Shown here one piece after another: positions 35,001-46,759 of a stretch of 64,000 nt of DNA. The notes under the pieces are model-generated. The model had not been told where the DNA came from, searched no databases, and saw only the letters and a list, made by a program, of their open reading frames with translations. The position numbers and the translations under genes are program-made. The first letter of the stretch is position 1. Every line of letters starts with the position of its first letter. The DNA lies in NCBI GenBank assembly GCA_004431415.1, contig QPMI01000632.1:124001-188000 (forward strand). Direction: 5' to 3'. This DNA comes from Cyanophora paradoxa CCMP329 (lineage: Eukaryota > Plantae > Glaucophyta).

Positions 35001-38000
35001 GGCCGACGCCTCCGGGCGGCGCAGAGACCTGCAGGTCGAGATGGAGGCGGCGGGGGAGTTCAACCTGAAGGGCATCCCGGGGCCCACGGCGGCGTTCCGC
35101 CCGCTGCGCGTGAGGGCGCGGCGCAGCCGGGCCCCCTCGGCGGCCCTCGCACAGGCCCCGGGGGGCTCCTCTACGGGCGCGATGCCGAGCTCGCGCTCCT
35201 CCGCGGCCTCATCGAGGCCCGCGGCCGCGCCGCCTCCGGATCTGCCCCGCTCTCGGACCGTTCGTCGACGTCGACGTCGCGCCCGCGCCCGCGGGCGGCG
35301 CCGACGTCGCCGCGGCCCTCCTCGACGGCCGCGCAGGCGTGGGGGGGTCGCAGCCCGATCACGAGGGCGGGCCGCCGTTGTCCCCCGCGTCGGCGTCGCG
35401 ATCAGCGCAGCCGCCGCTGCCGGCGTCGCCGTCGCTGGCGGTCGTGGCGGGGACACGGGCCTGGGCAAGTCGGCGCTGGCGCGCGCGGCGGCGGCGATGG
35501 CGGCGGCCGCCGGCTGGCGCACGGCGGCGACGGCGGCGCTCGCGACGGAGCGGCAGCCGCTGGCGGCGTGGCGGCCCCTCCTCGCCGCCCTCTTCCCGCA
35601 GGGCATCCTCGAGGCCCGCCCCGCCCGCGCCGCCCGCCGACCCGCGGCTAGGCCTGGTTTTGACGGGCGGCCGCGGGGCGCGCGGGGCGCAGGCCGGGGC
35701 GCTGGTGGTGGAGGGGCCGGGGCTCGACCCCGTGGTCATGGAGGACCTGGAGGCCCTCCTCCCCGCCCGGCCGGCCGCCGCCGCCGCCGCCGCCGCCGCC
35801 AGGCCCGCCACAGGGCCACACGTCGCCAAGCGGCGGCCCTCGCTGCAGTGGATTTCGGGCCCGCAGCCGGCCGCGGAACCCGCCGCGGTCGGCGCCGCCG
35901 GCGCCGCAGATCCGCCTCACGATCAGCGCCGCCTGCCCCGGAACCGGTCGCTGCGGACAGGCGCGAAACAGCCGCTGCCGGCGCTGCCGGCCGAAGCGCG
36001 GGCAGCGCAGCTGCGGGCGGCCCTCGTGCGGCTCGTCCTCGCCCGGGCCGCCGCCCCCGGCCCCTCCTCCTCGTCTTCGAGGGCGCGCCGCCCCGCCCCG
36101 CCCGACCCGCTCCGCCGGCTCCGCAGCGCCTCACGGGGGCGCCGCACGCAGACGTGCACCTGGCGGACAGCCAGAGCCAGGCGGCGCTGCTGCGGCTCGC
36201 GGAGGAGGCGGCGGAGAGCCCCGCGGCGCGCCTCCTGCTGCTCGTCACCGGCCGCCCGCCCGCGACCGCCGGGGCGGCGCCGGCGGCCTCGACTGCTGGC
36301 CCCGAGCTCGAGGGGGCGGACCTGCTCGAGAAGCTGTCGCGGGTGCCTGAGCGGCGCTGGCTGGATCTGCTGCCGCTGAACGTCGAAACCATCTCGCGCC
36401 TCGCCTGCGCCCGCCTCGGCGCCGCCTCGCTCCCACCGCAGGCCGCCGCCTTCATCGGTCCGACACAAGCGCCGGGCCGCGGCCGCCGCTGGGCCGGGGC
36501 GCCATCAGCTGACGTTGGAGGGCGGCGGGCGTCGCAGCGTACGAGTCGGGCGGGGTGCCGTTCATCGCGGCGGACCTGGCGGACCGGCTGCGGGTGGAAG
36601 GGACCCTGCAGGTCGACCCCGCGACGGGCGCCTGCACCGTGGCGCGGCCGCTGCGGAACCCGCGGCCCTCGGACGGCCTCCGCTCCGCTCTCCTCTGGCG
36701 CCTCGACCGGCTCGCCCCCTCCCAGCTCTTCGCCGTCAAGGCCCGCCCCGCCGCCCGCCCTGCCGCCGGCGCCGGACGCCCGCTCACGCTCCTCATCCGC
36801 GCAGATCGCGAGCATCGTCGGCAATCGCTTCAGCGCGGAAGAGGTCATTCGCGCGGCGGCGCGCGCCGGCCTCTCCGCGCCCGCCCCCTGACCCGGGACG
36901 CGACCGCCTGCAGGTGGCGTCCGTCCTGCCGCAGTTGGAGGGCGCGAGCGCCAAGGGGGAGCGGGCGACCTCGGGGCCGGCCCTCCGGAAGGCAGCGGAG
37001 GCGCTGGCCGCCGACTTTGCGGCGCTGTGCGCGGCCGGCGTCCTCAGAGAGGCGGTGTACGAGGCGGCCGGGGGCGAGTTCGAGTTCGCGCTCTCGCCCC
37101 TGCGCGAGGTCGTGCGGGGCCTGCTGCCCGTCGCCGAGCGCCGCCGCCTGCACCGCGCCTTCGCCGAGTTCCTCGATCGCGAGGCCCGCGACCGCGAGCC
37201 GGCCGCCGGCGCCCCGGCCGCGGGGCGCCGCGGCTCGGTCGATCTCGGGAGCGACGGCGCGTCGGCGTCGACCTCGTTTCTCGCCTCGAGCTCGGAGCTG
37301 GTCCTGGAGGGGACGACCGCCGAGCGGCTCGCGTACCACTGGACGGCGGCGGAGGAGCCGGCGGCCGCCCTGCCGTACCTGGACCGCTGCGCGGCGGCCG
37401 CCCTCGGCAGCTTCGCAAACGTGGAGGCCGAGCACGCGTACGGCGACCTGCTCGCCGGCTACCCCGGCGCCCCGGCCCTCCAGCGCGCCGGCTGGCTCGC
37501 CGGCCTCGCCGAGGTCTGCCTCCGCTCGGGGCGCTACCCCTTGGCCGCGAAGCGCTGCCGCGAGGCACTCGCGCTCCTCGGTGTGCGGATCCCGACGTGC
37601 GCCCTTTCCTCGCCCCTCCCCCCCACTCGAGCTCCCCCTTCCGAACCGAGGCACCGCAGGAGCCGCGTCGGCGTCTGGGCGTCGGTGATGTACATGGCCG
37701 TGCGGACGCGGCTGCGGGCCCCCCCGACCTTCACCACCGTCCCCGCCGAGAAGCTCGTCGCCCCGCACAGCGCCCGCGGCGGCGACGCCGCGGCGGCCGC
37801 CGTCGCGGACCTGTACGTTGTCCTGCGGCAGGCGGCAGCGCACGGGGACGACATCCCGCTGTTCCTGTACTGCGGCTTCGCCCTGTGGGCCCACGTGCGC
37901 GAGCGCAGCACCGTCGGGCCCCACTTCTTCGCCATCGCCTCCGCCCTCGTGGTGCGGGGCTGGACCTGCGACATGGGATGCTAGCTGGGCCCCGGCCCCC

Positions 38001-40233
38001 GGCCCTTGATTACAACGTTGCGGGCTGCCCCAACGTTCACGTTGTCCGTTTCCGCATGCGCAGGCCAGCAACATCGCGCTCATGTTTCCGGGGAGCCGCG
38101 CCCTCGCCACCGCCTACGCGAAATTCGGATTCGTGCGAAATTCGCCTCCCCGCGAAAATGCGCGAAATCTGATCGGGGTGGGGCGGGCGGGCCGGGCGCA
38201 GGAGCTGGGGAGCGACGCGTGCGTGGGGACGTACAGCGGCGTCATGCACAGGGCGGTGGCCTTCGCCCTCGTGGCCACCGGCGAGTTCGGGGAGGGCGGC
38301 CCCGCCTGCGACCTCTACGCCGACGCCGCCCTCCGCATGGCGCGCCGGCCCCGGCCCTCGCCCCTTCCATTTTCTCAATGATTCCTGATCGTGAGCCCCC
38401 TTGAATGTGCGCAGCACGTGAGGCGGGACGTGATGGAGGCGTGCTCGTACCGCTTCCTGTGCCACATGCGCACGGGGGGCCCGCCCGCCGTCCTCGACCG
38501 CCTCGCCTCCCGCATCCAGGTGCGCGGTGGTTTACAGCTCCGATCGCGATCCCGTCCTACGCGTGCACCTATGGGTCGTGACGCCGGCGGTGGCGGCGGA
38601 ACTGGGCACTGCAGGCGGCGCTGGAAAAGGTGGCGCGGGACCGCGAGCTCAGCGACGACCTCCACACCATCCTCTCCACCGTGCGCGCCCGGCCCGCCGC
38701 GACGATTCGCTCCCGCGCCTGCCCGGCCTGGGCCTGACGCCGCCGCCGGCGGCCGCAGGCTGCGCTCGTGTTCATCCGCTACCTTCAGGACCGGGCCCCC
38801 GCGGCCCTCGAGGTGCCCCGCGGCCCGAGCTCGAGCCGGCGTCGCCCCGAAGCTCGGTCGCGAGGGCATTGCTGATCATGAGTCGCCCCGGCCCCTGCCG
38901 CACGCGTGCACTTGCCGGCAGGTGGCGGAAGAGTTCTACCTTTCGCGATTCCAGGGCGGGTTCGCGGCGGTGGCGGCGTTCACCCGCGCATTCTTCTACG
39001 CCGTGCAGGCCCGGGCCCTCCTCTGCGCCCTCGGGCCCCACGCCTCCCCGCCTCCAGCGCGCCTCTCCGCCGTACAGGCGCGCGCGCCCTCTTGCCGCGG
39101 ACGTCGGCATCGATATCGATTTCGATCCCCGCCCACCTCTGACCCTGCGGCAGGCGGCCCGCCAGGCGGTCAAGATCCTCTGCAGCGACACCTCCAAGCT
39201 GGTGGGCCTCGTCTGGGTGCGGCGAAGCCCCGACCCGGCACTAGTTCTCCTATCTCCCCGCCCTGGCCCGACGTTGACGCGCCCTCTTGGACCGGCCAGC
39301 CGGACGTGATGTGCGAGGCGGCGACCATCCTCTATGTCGCCTGGCTCGCCTCCGACGCCCCCGCCGCCCGCTCCCACCCCGCCGCCCCCTTCGCCCGCCT
39401 CTTCCTCCCGCGCGACGCCGGCGCCGGCGACGGCGCCGATTCCACACCCGCGCCGGCAACCGCGCCGGCGACCGCGCCGGCGCCGGCGCCGGCAGCGGTC
39501 GGCCCCGGCGAGCTGGTTGCGCTCCTCGACGCCGCCGCCCGCAGCGGCGCGCGGTGGAGCGATGTGGTGAGCGCTCAATCCCTCGCGTACATTCTCGCTT
39601 GCGAGCTTCCAAGTTCGCCCCGGCCCGTCGCCCGTTGACCCTGCCGCGGCGCAGTCGGCCGGGGCTGTCGCCGTCGTGGAGGGTCTCGCTCTGAGCGCGC
39701 GCGGCGCGGCGCGGGCAGCACGCGAGCGGTTCCTCGCGGCGGCGGCCCTCGGCGGCTGGACCGCCTTGGAGCCGGCGGCGCCGGCGCCGCGCCGCCCGCG
39801 CGACTGCGCCCTGGGGCTCCTCTTTGCGGCCTTCCACACGGGGCGGCCGTCCGGCACGCCTTCTGCGACCCCGCCACCTGCTACGGCCAGATACGAGGCG
39901 ATCGCGAGCCGGGCTTCGAATTCGGGCGGCCTAGGCCTGCCCCCGCTGCCGGTTGGGCCGTTGCCGACCGTTCGGGACCCCTCGCCCGCCATCCCTTCCG
40001 CGTGCACTCCTCGGCAGCCAGAGCCCGCGACGCTCGCCCGAGCGTCCCCTGCAGCTGGGCATGGGCAGACCGGACGCTCCCCGCGAGACCTCCGGGGTGG
40101 CGAGCAGCCCATGGCCAGGTCGCTGCTGCTGCAGGCGGGGCGCCCGGCGCTGCTTCGGGCGGCGGAGCACTGCTTCGGGCTCTACGGCGACGCCCTCGGC
40201 GCCCGCATCGCCCGCGAGGCCTCGCTTCTCTGA
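32089..40233 (+). CDS. Soluble adenylyl cyclase-like (ADCY10-type) protein: two class III cyclase domains, STAND/AAA NTPase, TPR-like helical C-terminus; multi-exon
   Basis: C1: LLDLAGFSDL and YGADVLSFLGDGLL. C2: YLAEFRP|VSVLF, RQIVLD|DKGLVVIGVFG and EFSVFGNAVNRAARLM, then LKG. LYGRDAELALL; P-loop GDTGLGKS; Walker B LLLVFE|DVHLAD; SGGVPF; RLDRL; RRRLHRAFAEFL; LAYHW. Stop at 40231-40233. Confidence 0.85.
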
Positions 40234-40829
40234 CGCGACGGCCGCGCTCTCTCCGAGGCTCCAGCTCGCTCTATTTTTGCGCCGGGGCGGCGATGTACGC
40301 CGCTTGCAATCGATCGAAATTTTCGCGTGCGTCGGTCTGTTGGCCTTTGCGATACATAATCACCGGATAAGTGGGCGTGAATACATTGTTGGCATGCTGG
40401 TAGCCTAGTGTTATATGAAGCTTATCGCAGTACATTTCCGTATTATATATGTCTAACGGTATATATCTTCTTACTTCTTTTCGCCTCATGATCAGGGCCT
40501 GCTGTCGGGCTACCAGCTATCGGGAATTGTGGGCCGCGGCCGATATTATCGATCGAATTGTGACCCTGCAGCCTGCAGGCAGCAGCATGCGCAGTGCTGG
40601 ATATCAGATATCAGAGTTCCGCGGAACAGGAGCTCCATCAGCCGCCGCCGGCTTTTGCACGGCGGGCCGGGTGCGCTCTTAATTCGCGTTCGAGCTCCAC
40701 AGTGGCAGCGGCAGCGCCGGAGATCGCTCGCGATCGCTCGAATAAAGAAAAGCCTCAATGAAAGGCCAGATTCAGCGTACACTATATGAAAGATGGTCCA
40801 ACCGGCGACGATGGCGGTGACTGCAATGA

Positions 40830-41750
40830 CAAGTGGCTATCATAGTATGGAATGAATACAAAAATCGAGAGGATCGGATGCCAAAGCAAACCTGAATGCC
40901 AATTTCGCATGATGGGACTAGTACTGCCTCTGTGTCTGCAGGCTGAGTATGCACGTCAATGCAGGCTGGCGAGTCTTCGAAATCAACGAGGGGTACCACC
41001 AGAAAGTACAAATTCAGAAAGCTGAGACAACTGAGGCGGCATCCGCGGACGAACTGGGGCGAAACAGCGCGGGACTGAAGCGAGGCCAGCAGGGCGCCGT
41101 GCCCAGCAAGCGTGCTGGGCTGCTGGCCGGGTGGCAGGCGGCAAGGGCGCAGGCACGCGGCGCAACGCGGGGCGTACGCGGGGCGCCAATCGCGACTGAG
41201 CAGACAAGCGGCACGTCGTGCGCAGCACGCAATTGGATTGGCCGCGCTCCGCGCGCACGCAGCACGAGTGCCGGGCAGCGTGCTCGGCTGCGGGCAGCGG
41301 CGCGCGCCTCCGGTTCTGCGGTGCAAGCTCGATGCAGTGGAGCGTAGTCCAGGCGGCACGCGTACCGTACGGCGTATGCGGCGCAGTGCGAGGTTAAGCG
41401 GAAATTTAGAGGAGACAGCTAGCCTAGTAGGGAGAAGTGGTTGCCATGTAACACCGCCGCGTGACGCAGCTGCAGCCCAGCGCCGCGCGAGGGAGAGCCC
41501 AGATCTACAGGAATGAGAGAAAAGTTGGTTTTCCCCTCGAAAACCACTTTTCGCGAGTTCGAGAAAGCTCTCGCGAGCTCGAGTTTGACGCTCGAAAGTC
41601 GAAGGCTGACCGGTCCACCGAGCCAATCGGAACGCGAATAAGCCTCATTTTTGTTGCATACTGGACCTCGCAAACGGCCTCATAGAAAATTTTTGGGAAG
41701 CAAGCTGGGAGACTCTGAGAAGCCCTTCGGTCTTCGGCCCCCCTTGCAAT
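40830..41750 (+). mobile_element. Decayed DNA transposon relic; weak piggyBac-like transposase fragments followed by the repeat end shared with about 2185-2688
   Basis: Broken frames give VAIIVWNEYKNREDRM and LSMHVNAGWRVF, loosely like piggyBac PxAIxxYNxxMGGVDxxD and D.A.vNAw.ly. The 3' ~450 bp is clearly homologous to the element near 2.2-2.7 kb. Confidence 0.3.
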
Positions 41751-42630
41751 ATAGGGCATGTAAGTTGATGTAACTCCGCAATGAGTCCGCATGTTGTTAA
41801 GTGTGTAGAATGCAACGTTTTAATTAATGTTAATTATTATATAACAGAGTTGAACAGTCAGAACAGACCTCTAAAACAATCATATGCATGGAATGTTGAT
41901 TGGTCGGAAGGGCACGTCACGGCGTAACGCAGTCTTACGTAGACCATATGGATTGATACAGTGTGTGTCCGTCACTGTCCGATGACTCCGATGATGTCCG
42001 ATCAATCGCAAAGTCGACGCAAACCATGGCCAAGACACCAAAAACAATGATGGTCCGAAATTGGGTACACTAACCCTGGAGATTCCGAGAAATCGGCGAG
42101 AATCCGAGAACTCGGCAACTTCGACAAAAAATGAAAAACAAATTGCCGAGAACTCGAGTTCCAGTTCTTTTTTCCTAATTCGTGTTTTGTTTTTCGGTGA
42201 AAACCGGTCACTTACCGGCCACATGCACTGTGTCACTGTCACTGTCACAGTCTGTGTGACTGTGATGCACAGACTCTGCAGGTCCAGCAGTCTCTCCGAC
42301 TAGCGGCTAGGGCTGGGTCCAGTGAGATCAGTGGAGGGTCGAGGGTCTCACTCCACTCACTGAGTACTAGTGAGGATTTCGGCTCACTCGTACAAAGAAA
42401 AATGTATGAGGCCAGTGAGCAGGACCTCCGCCAGCACCGTGTGTCACGGTGTGTGTGGGTATCTGGCGCCAAAAAAATCACGACCCAGGCGCCCCACGGC
42501 CCCCACCTAACGATTTGGGGGGTAAAAACTGCTGTATCTACAGTATCTACGGTATAATCTACCCCCAAACGTTAACCGCGGCCAAAAGGCGTCGAAACGC
42601 ATTAATTCGGTGCCGCATTAATAGCCATAG

Positions 42631-42700
42631 TTTTTGTTTTTGGTGAATTACCGGCCACAGGCCCACAGCCTCTAGTCTACTCCAGCACTGTGGGACCAGT
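42631..42700 (-). mobile_element. Third, short copy of the non-LTR-like 3' end (a fourth degenerate copy lies at about 42184-42223)
   Basis: TTTTTGTTTTTGGTGAATTACCGGCCACAG...CACAGCCTCTAG...CCAGCACTG. Confidence 0.45.
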
Positions 42701-42815
42701 GTGGGTAGGGGTCCGGGGCTCCGGCCCCCGGGCCCAAAAACGCATTAATATCTGCATGGCGGTACTACGGTAGAGTCTAGAGTCTAGCCTACCGGGTATA
42801 CGTAGTACCGGTAGA

Positions 42816-43081
42816 TACCGTAGAACACATAAATACCGCGCCCACTTAATTACCGCGGTACCAAATTACCGCGCCGAGAATTTGTTAAAACGCGGTAATT
42901 TGGTCCCGCGGTAATTTGCTGCTGAGAAGTCGCTCCATACAGTACCCCCCATAATTACCGCCCCATACAAGCCTCAAATTTGTAAAAACGCGGTAATTTG
43001 GTGCCGCGGTATTTTGCTCTATGGCGGGCCGGGTTTTAAAACGCGGTAATTTATGCCGCGGTAATTTAGTGCCCGACGGTA
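42816..43081. mobile_element. MITE of Tc1/mariner-pogo type (TA TSD, CCGT...ACGG ends)
   Basis: TA|CCGTAGAACACATAAATACCGCG ... CGCGGTAATTTAGTGCCCGACGG|TA, with about 10 internal copies of AATTACCGCG/CGCGGTAATT. Confidence 0.7.
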
Positions 43082-43453
43082 GTAGATACAAGCAGTGTGG
43101 TCACACTGTGGTCCAGCAGACTGGCAGTGGACCAGCACTGCGCCGTGACACCAGCAGCGCTAGGCTCCGCTAGCCTGCGCGCGCGTGCACTGGTACTGCG
43201 GCAGCTGCAGCCTGCCGCTGCGCATGCAGCCCGGCCGCTGACTCTGAGCTACCGGTAGAATCTACGTATACCATAGTACGTATACGGCAGCCGCGCGTAC
43301 TACGGTAGGCACAGACATCGCCGAGTCGAGATGCAATTCTATACAAGCGCACCCAGTTGCAGCAACACAGCAATTGAAGCGCGCACGCGCATGCATACGC
43401 ACACCTCGAAGCAGCTGCTCGCAACGGCCGCCTGCAGCCGCACGCGTACGCAT

Positions 43454-46064
43454 ATGCGAACGTGTGCGGCCGCGGCGGCGGTCCTCTTCGTCGCGTGCAT
43501 ACTGAGCGCCGCGAAGCCGGCGACCGCCGCGGGCCTTCCCTGCGGCCTCGTTCTCGACCCGGCGAAGACATTCCAGGTGATGTCGGTTAACGACACCTCC
43601 AAGTGCTGGGAGGCGGGATCCCTGGCCGTTAGCGGCGGAAATAATCCTCCCCATGGCGTGAAGATGGCCCCCTGCGATGCGAGTGCGCAAGATTTCGAAT
43701 TCGAATGGATGCGTCAGCGCGGGCGGATTCGATCGATGTCGTGATCATGATCAGGAACTCCGATCTTCTAATTATAACGATTACACTGTGGCAGGTAAAG
43801 CCGCGCAATTCTTCAACGTAACCGTTGGCTCTGTACAAGGCGGCGTACAGCGCTACAGCATCAACTACCCGGCGTCAATGCCGTTTTCGACTCTTGACCT
43901 GCGCTCAAAGCCTATATTCAAAAACTTTTTCAAGAACACCGACCCAAAGCTGGAGGGAGTAAGCGCTCCAGCCGATCATGATTCAGATCGTACCGCTCGA
44001 AGCCTATAGCTTATTCAACTTGGCAATTTCAACTCAGATTTTCGGATTTTCCGTGTCTCCTGGAAACTCGTGGACTCTCAACCTTACTGCTTCGAACACG
44101 GCCGTTCGCTTTGCCCTCAGCGAGAGCACGTTGGCGTTAGTCGCCCCGATCACGTCGAAGTACGACTACACCACCGCCGCGCAAACTTTCAGCTTGAGCG
44201 GGAGCCCCCTTGTGGTCACAGAAAATGTGGATAGTGAGTAAAACTTTGTCGGCTAATTGTTCTTTATAAGCCGATCCGGCCCTTTCCCGCTCGCATGCGC
44301 AGCTGATACGGAGTTTGACTGGACTGTTCGTTATTCGGATGGCATAACCTTCCCAGACGCTCAACGTACTGTCTGCTCGCCGGTGAGTACAATCTAGATC
44401 TTACCTAGAACTAGATCTTCAATGTGAAAATTTCGAATAAAATCTGACCGCTCTCAGACCGCGACGCCAAGCCCATCGCCCTCCCCGAGCCCCTCGCCAA
44501 GCCCCTCGCCCAGCCCGAGCGCGTCGCCCAGCCCCTCGCCCAGCCCTTCGGCCAGCCCCTCCCCGAGCCCGTCGAGCGCGGCGAGCCCCACCAGCACCCC
44601 GGTCGCGACGCCCAGCGCCTCGGTCGTGCGTGTTCTTGTTCGATCTGGGTCTAGATCTATGAACTCGGAATATAATATATAATTATAATTAGCTATAGTC
44701 TGGGGCATATTCGGAGTCGACTTCGGCGCTTCTCTGAAATGTAGAACAGGAACCGGTGATCGTCCAAGTGATCATCAACGGGCAGTCAGTACGTAAACGC
44801 CTCAAGCTGCTTTATAATTTCGGGCGCTCGTTCGCGAGCTTGAAAAGAGAGTTCGGCGTGATTCTGATCTTGCTCTCGCGAAGTACAACGTCGACGTCTC
44901 TGGTTCCACGACGATCGACGACGACGGCACGAGGCGCATCACGCTGAACGCGGCCCCTCTGACGGCCCCTGCCGAGGTAATTATAAGAGCTTCAAAGCCG
45001 TAAAACAATACGCAGCGCTGTTCGTTTTAATTCTCACGCTGCACCAGTCCGGGAGTACCGATTTCGTGATCATCAGAGGCAACAATCTGCCGGTCCTCGC
45101 CTCACATTACTCATGGCACCACTAATTGCATTACTGACTTCAAAATCTGCCCGCAGGCCAACCGGCCCGTCAGGGTGTGGATCGTCGATCCCAGCAACAG
45201 CAGCCGGAGGGTCGAGGCCCTGGACGTCTCCATTCCAGACCCCACGACGATGCGTTTCAGTGCGCAGGCGTTTTTATTTTATGTCTTGGCTTTGACTAGT
45301 GAACAGGAGAGTCGCAATTGGTCTGACCTTCGAATTCGCTTCTGCGCGAAATCTCAGAGATCCCCCCGCTCCCGAAGAACGCCCTCCGCGGGCGCGCCCT
45401 GCTGCAGTTCACTGCCGGCTCCACCGTACGCCATCGGCTGCCCCCAGAGCTTGCCTGGCCATGGACATCACTGAGTCAAAGCGTACGGCAGTACGACTTG
45501 CGCATCGAGTCGGCATCGGCGACTCCGGAGTTCAAGTCTTTCGTCCTTGTCCGGGTCCGAAGCTCTAACCCTTGCACCCGATTGCAATACATATCGCAAT
45601 TTGCAAGGAGCCTCTGAGGATGCTCATCGAACGTCGATTCTCATTCAACAATAATTACAATTCCGACTTAAGCTTGATGATGTATACTCACGCGATGTAT
45701 AATTACGCAGTCCGTTCGCTGGCTTTCGGTGCCGGCTTCCGCGATCGTCAGCATGCCCTACTGTGCGTTCTCAGCAGCCAAAAGCCGCGCTGATCAACCC
45801 AAAAATAAATTGCGATCGATTTCGGACTTGTCATGACCTCGCCGGCCTTCCTGCAGGGCCTTCCTTTGCGATCCCTTCGGCTGGCATCTCTGTGCGTGTA
45901 ATTCAGCGCTGCGATCTCATTCGCTTCCACTGCTATATTCAGTGCTAATTGATTCGCATTCCGTCCTCAAATTCGAACAGCTGCCGCTGACCATCCTCGC
46001 GAGCTTCGTGACGACGGCGCTTGCGGCCGCCGCTGCGCGGTCCAGGGACCTCCTAGATCTGTGA
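43454..46064 (+). CDS. Secreted or surface protein: signal peptide, ricin-B-like motif, (Ser-Pro)n linker, hydrophobic C-terminus; multi-exon
   Basis: MRTCAAAAAVLFVACILSAAKPATA; KCWEAG...VKMAPCDA|SKAAQFF; TPSPSPSPSPSPSPSPSPSASPSPSP (about 44461-44600); last exon LPLTILASFVTTALAAAAARSRDLLDL*. Confidence 0.6.
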
Positions 46065-46197
46065 TCTGCCACGGCCACAGCTCGAGCGATCGGGCTCGAG
46101 CTCCATCATCGAAGAGAGATAATTTATAATTCGAGCCCGGGGCCATGCGCGCTCTCGATGTCGACGTCGATTGCGACGTCGATTCGGCGACTAGGAC

Positions 46198-46261
46198 CTT
46201 TTCAATAAATCGCTTTTCAATATTTCGCTTTCGCTGTAGTGCCTATACTTTTGCTGTAGTG
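46198..46261 (-). mobile_element. CACTA/EnSpm-like terminal remnant
   Basis: The minus strand reads CACTACAGCAAAAG (from 46261) and CACTACAGCGAAAGCGAAATA (from 46241), followed by two subterminal CTTTTCAATA repeats on the plus strand. Confidence 0.45.
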
Positions 46262-46544
46262 CTTATATATAATTAGAGTTAAGCTAACGGCTGAAATAAA
46301 TCGGTTTGGATGCATATGTGTCACAGTGTGAGATCAGGGATCGAAACTCCTGATCGAGGGATTGCGAGGCATTCACGCCGCGCGCGCCACAGCCCCGACG
46401 CGGCTAGCTGCCGCCGCGCTCGCGAGGACCGAGGATCGCTCCGATTTCGCGCCTCGCGATCGCGATCGCTCCGATTTCGCGCCTCAGGGCCTCGCTCTGA
46501 CTTTGCGCCTGACTCCGGCCGATTTCGCGTATTGCTGGTCCGGA

Positions 46545-46685
46545 GAAGAGAAAACAGAAGATCTAGAGAAGAGAAGAGAAGAGAAGAGAGAAAAGGGAGG
46601 AGAAGCTTAAGAGGAGAAGAAGCAATTATAGAGATCGAAGAGAAAGGAGAAGCGCTAGCAGAAGGAAAGGAGAGATCTAGAGGAG
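46545..46685 (+). repeat. GA-rich low-complexity tract upstream of MND1
   Basis: (AGAAG)n-like purine run. Confidence 0.7.
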
Positions 46686-46759
46686 GATTTTTCAGACGTC
46701 GACGGCGCGGGCTGCAGACAAAACGCGACAGCGACAACGAGAACTAGATCAAAAACGAG

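Noticed and set aside
42035-42199. Apparent CACC-AAAAACAA terminal inverted repeats
   Set aside because: There is no TSD, and the right arm is better explained as the tail of the dispersed non-LTR-like repeat.
42816-43081. Repeated CGCGGTAATTT units resembling a CRISPR or iteron array
   Set aside because: The units are short, irregularly spaced and in both orientations, bounded by TIRs and TA. This fits a MITE, and the context is eukaryotic with no cas genes.
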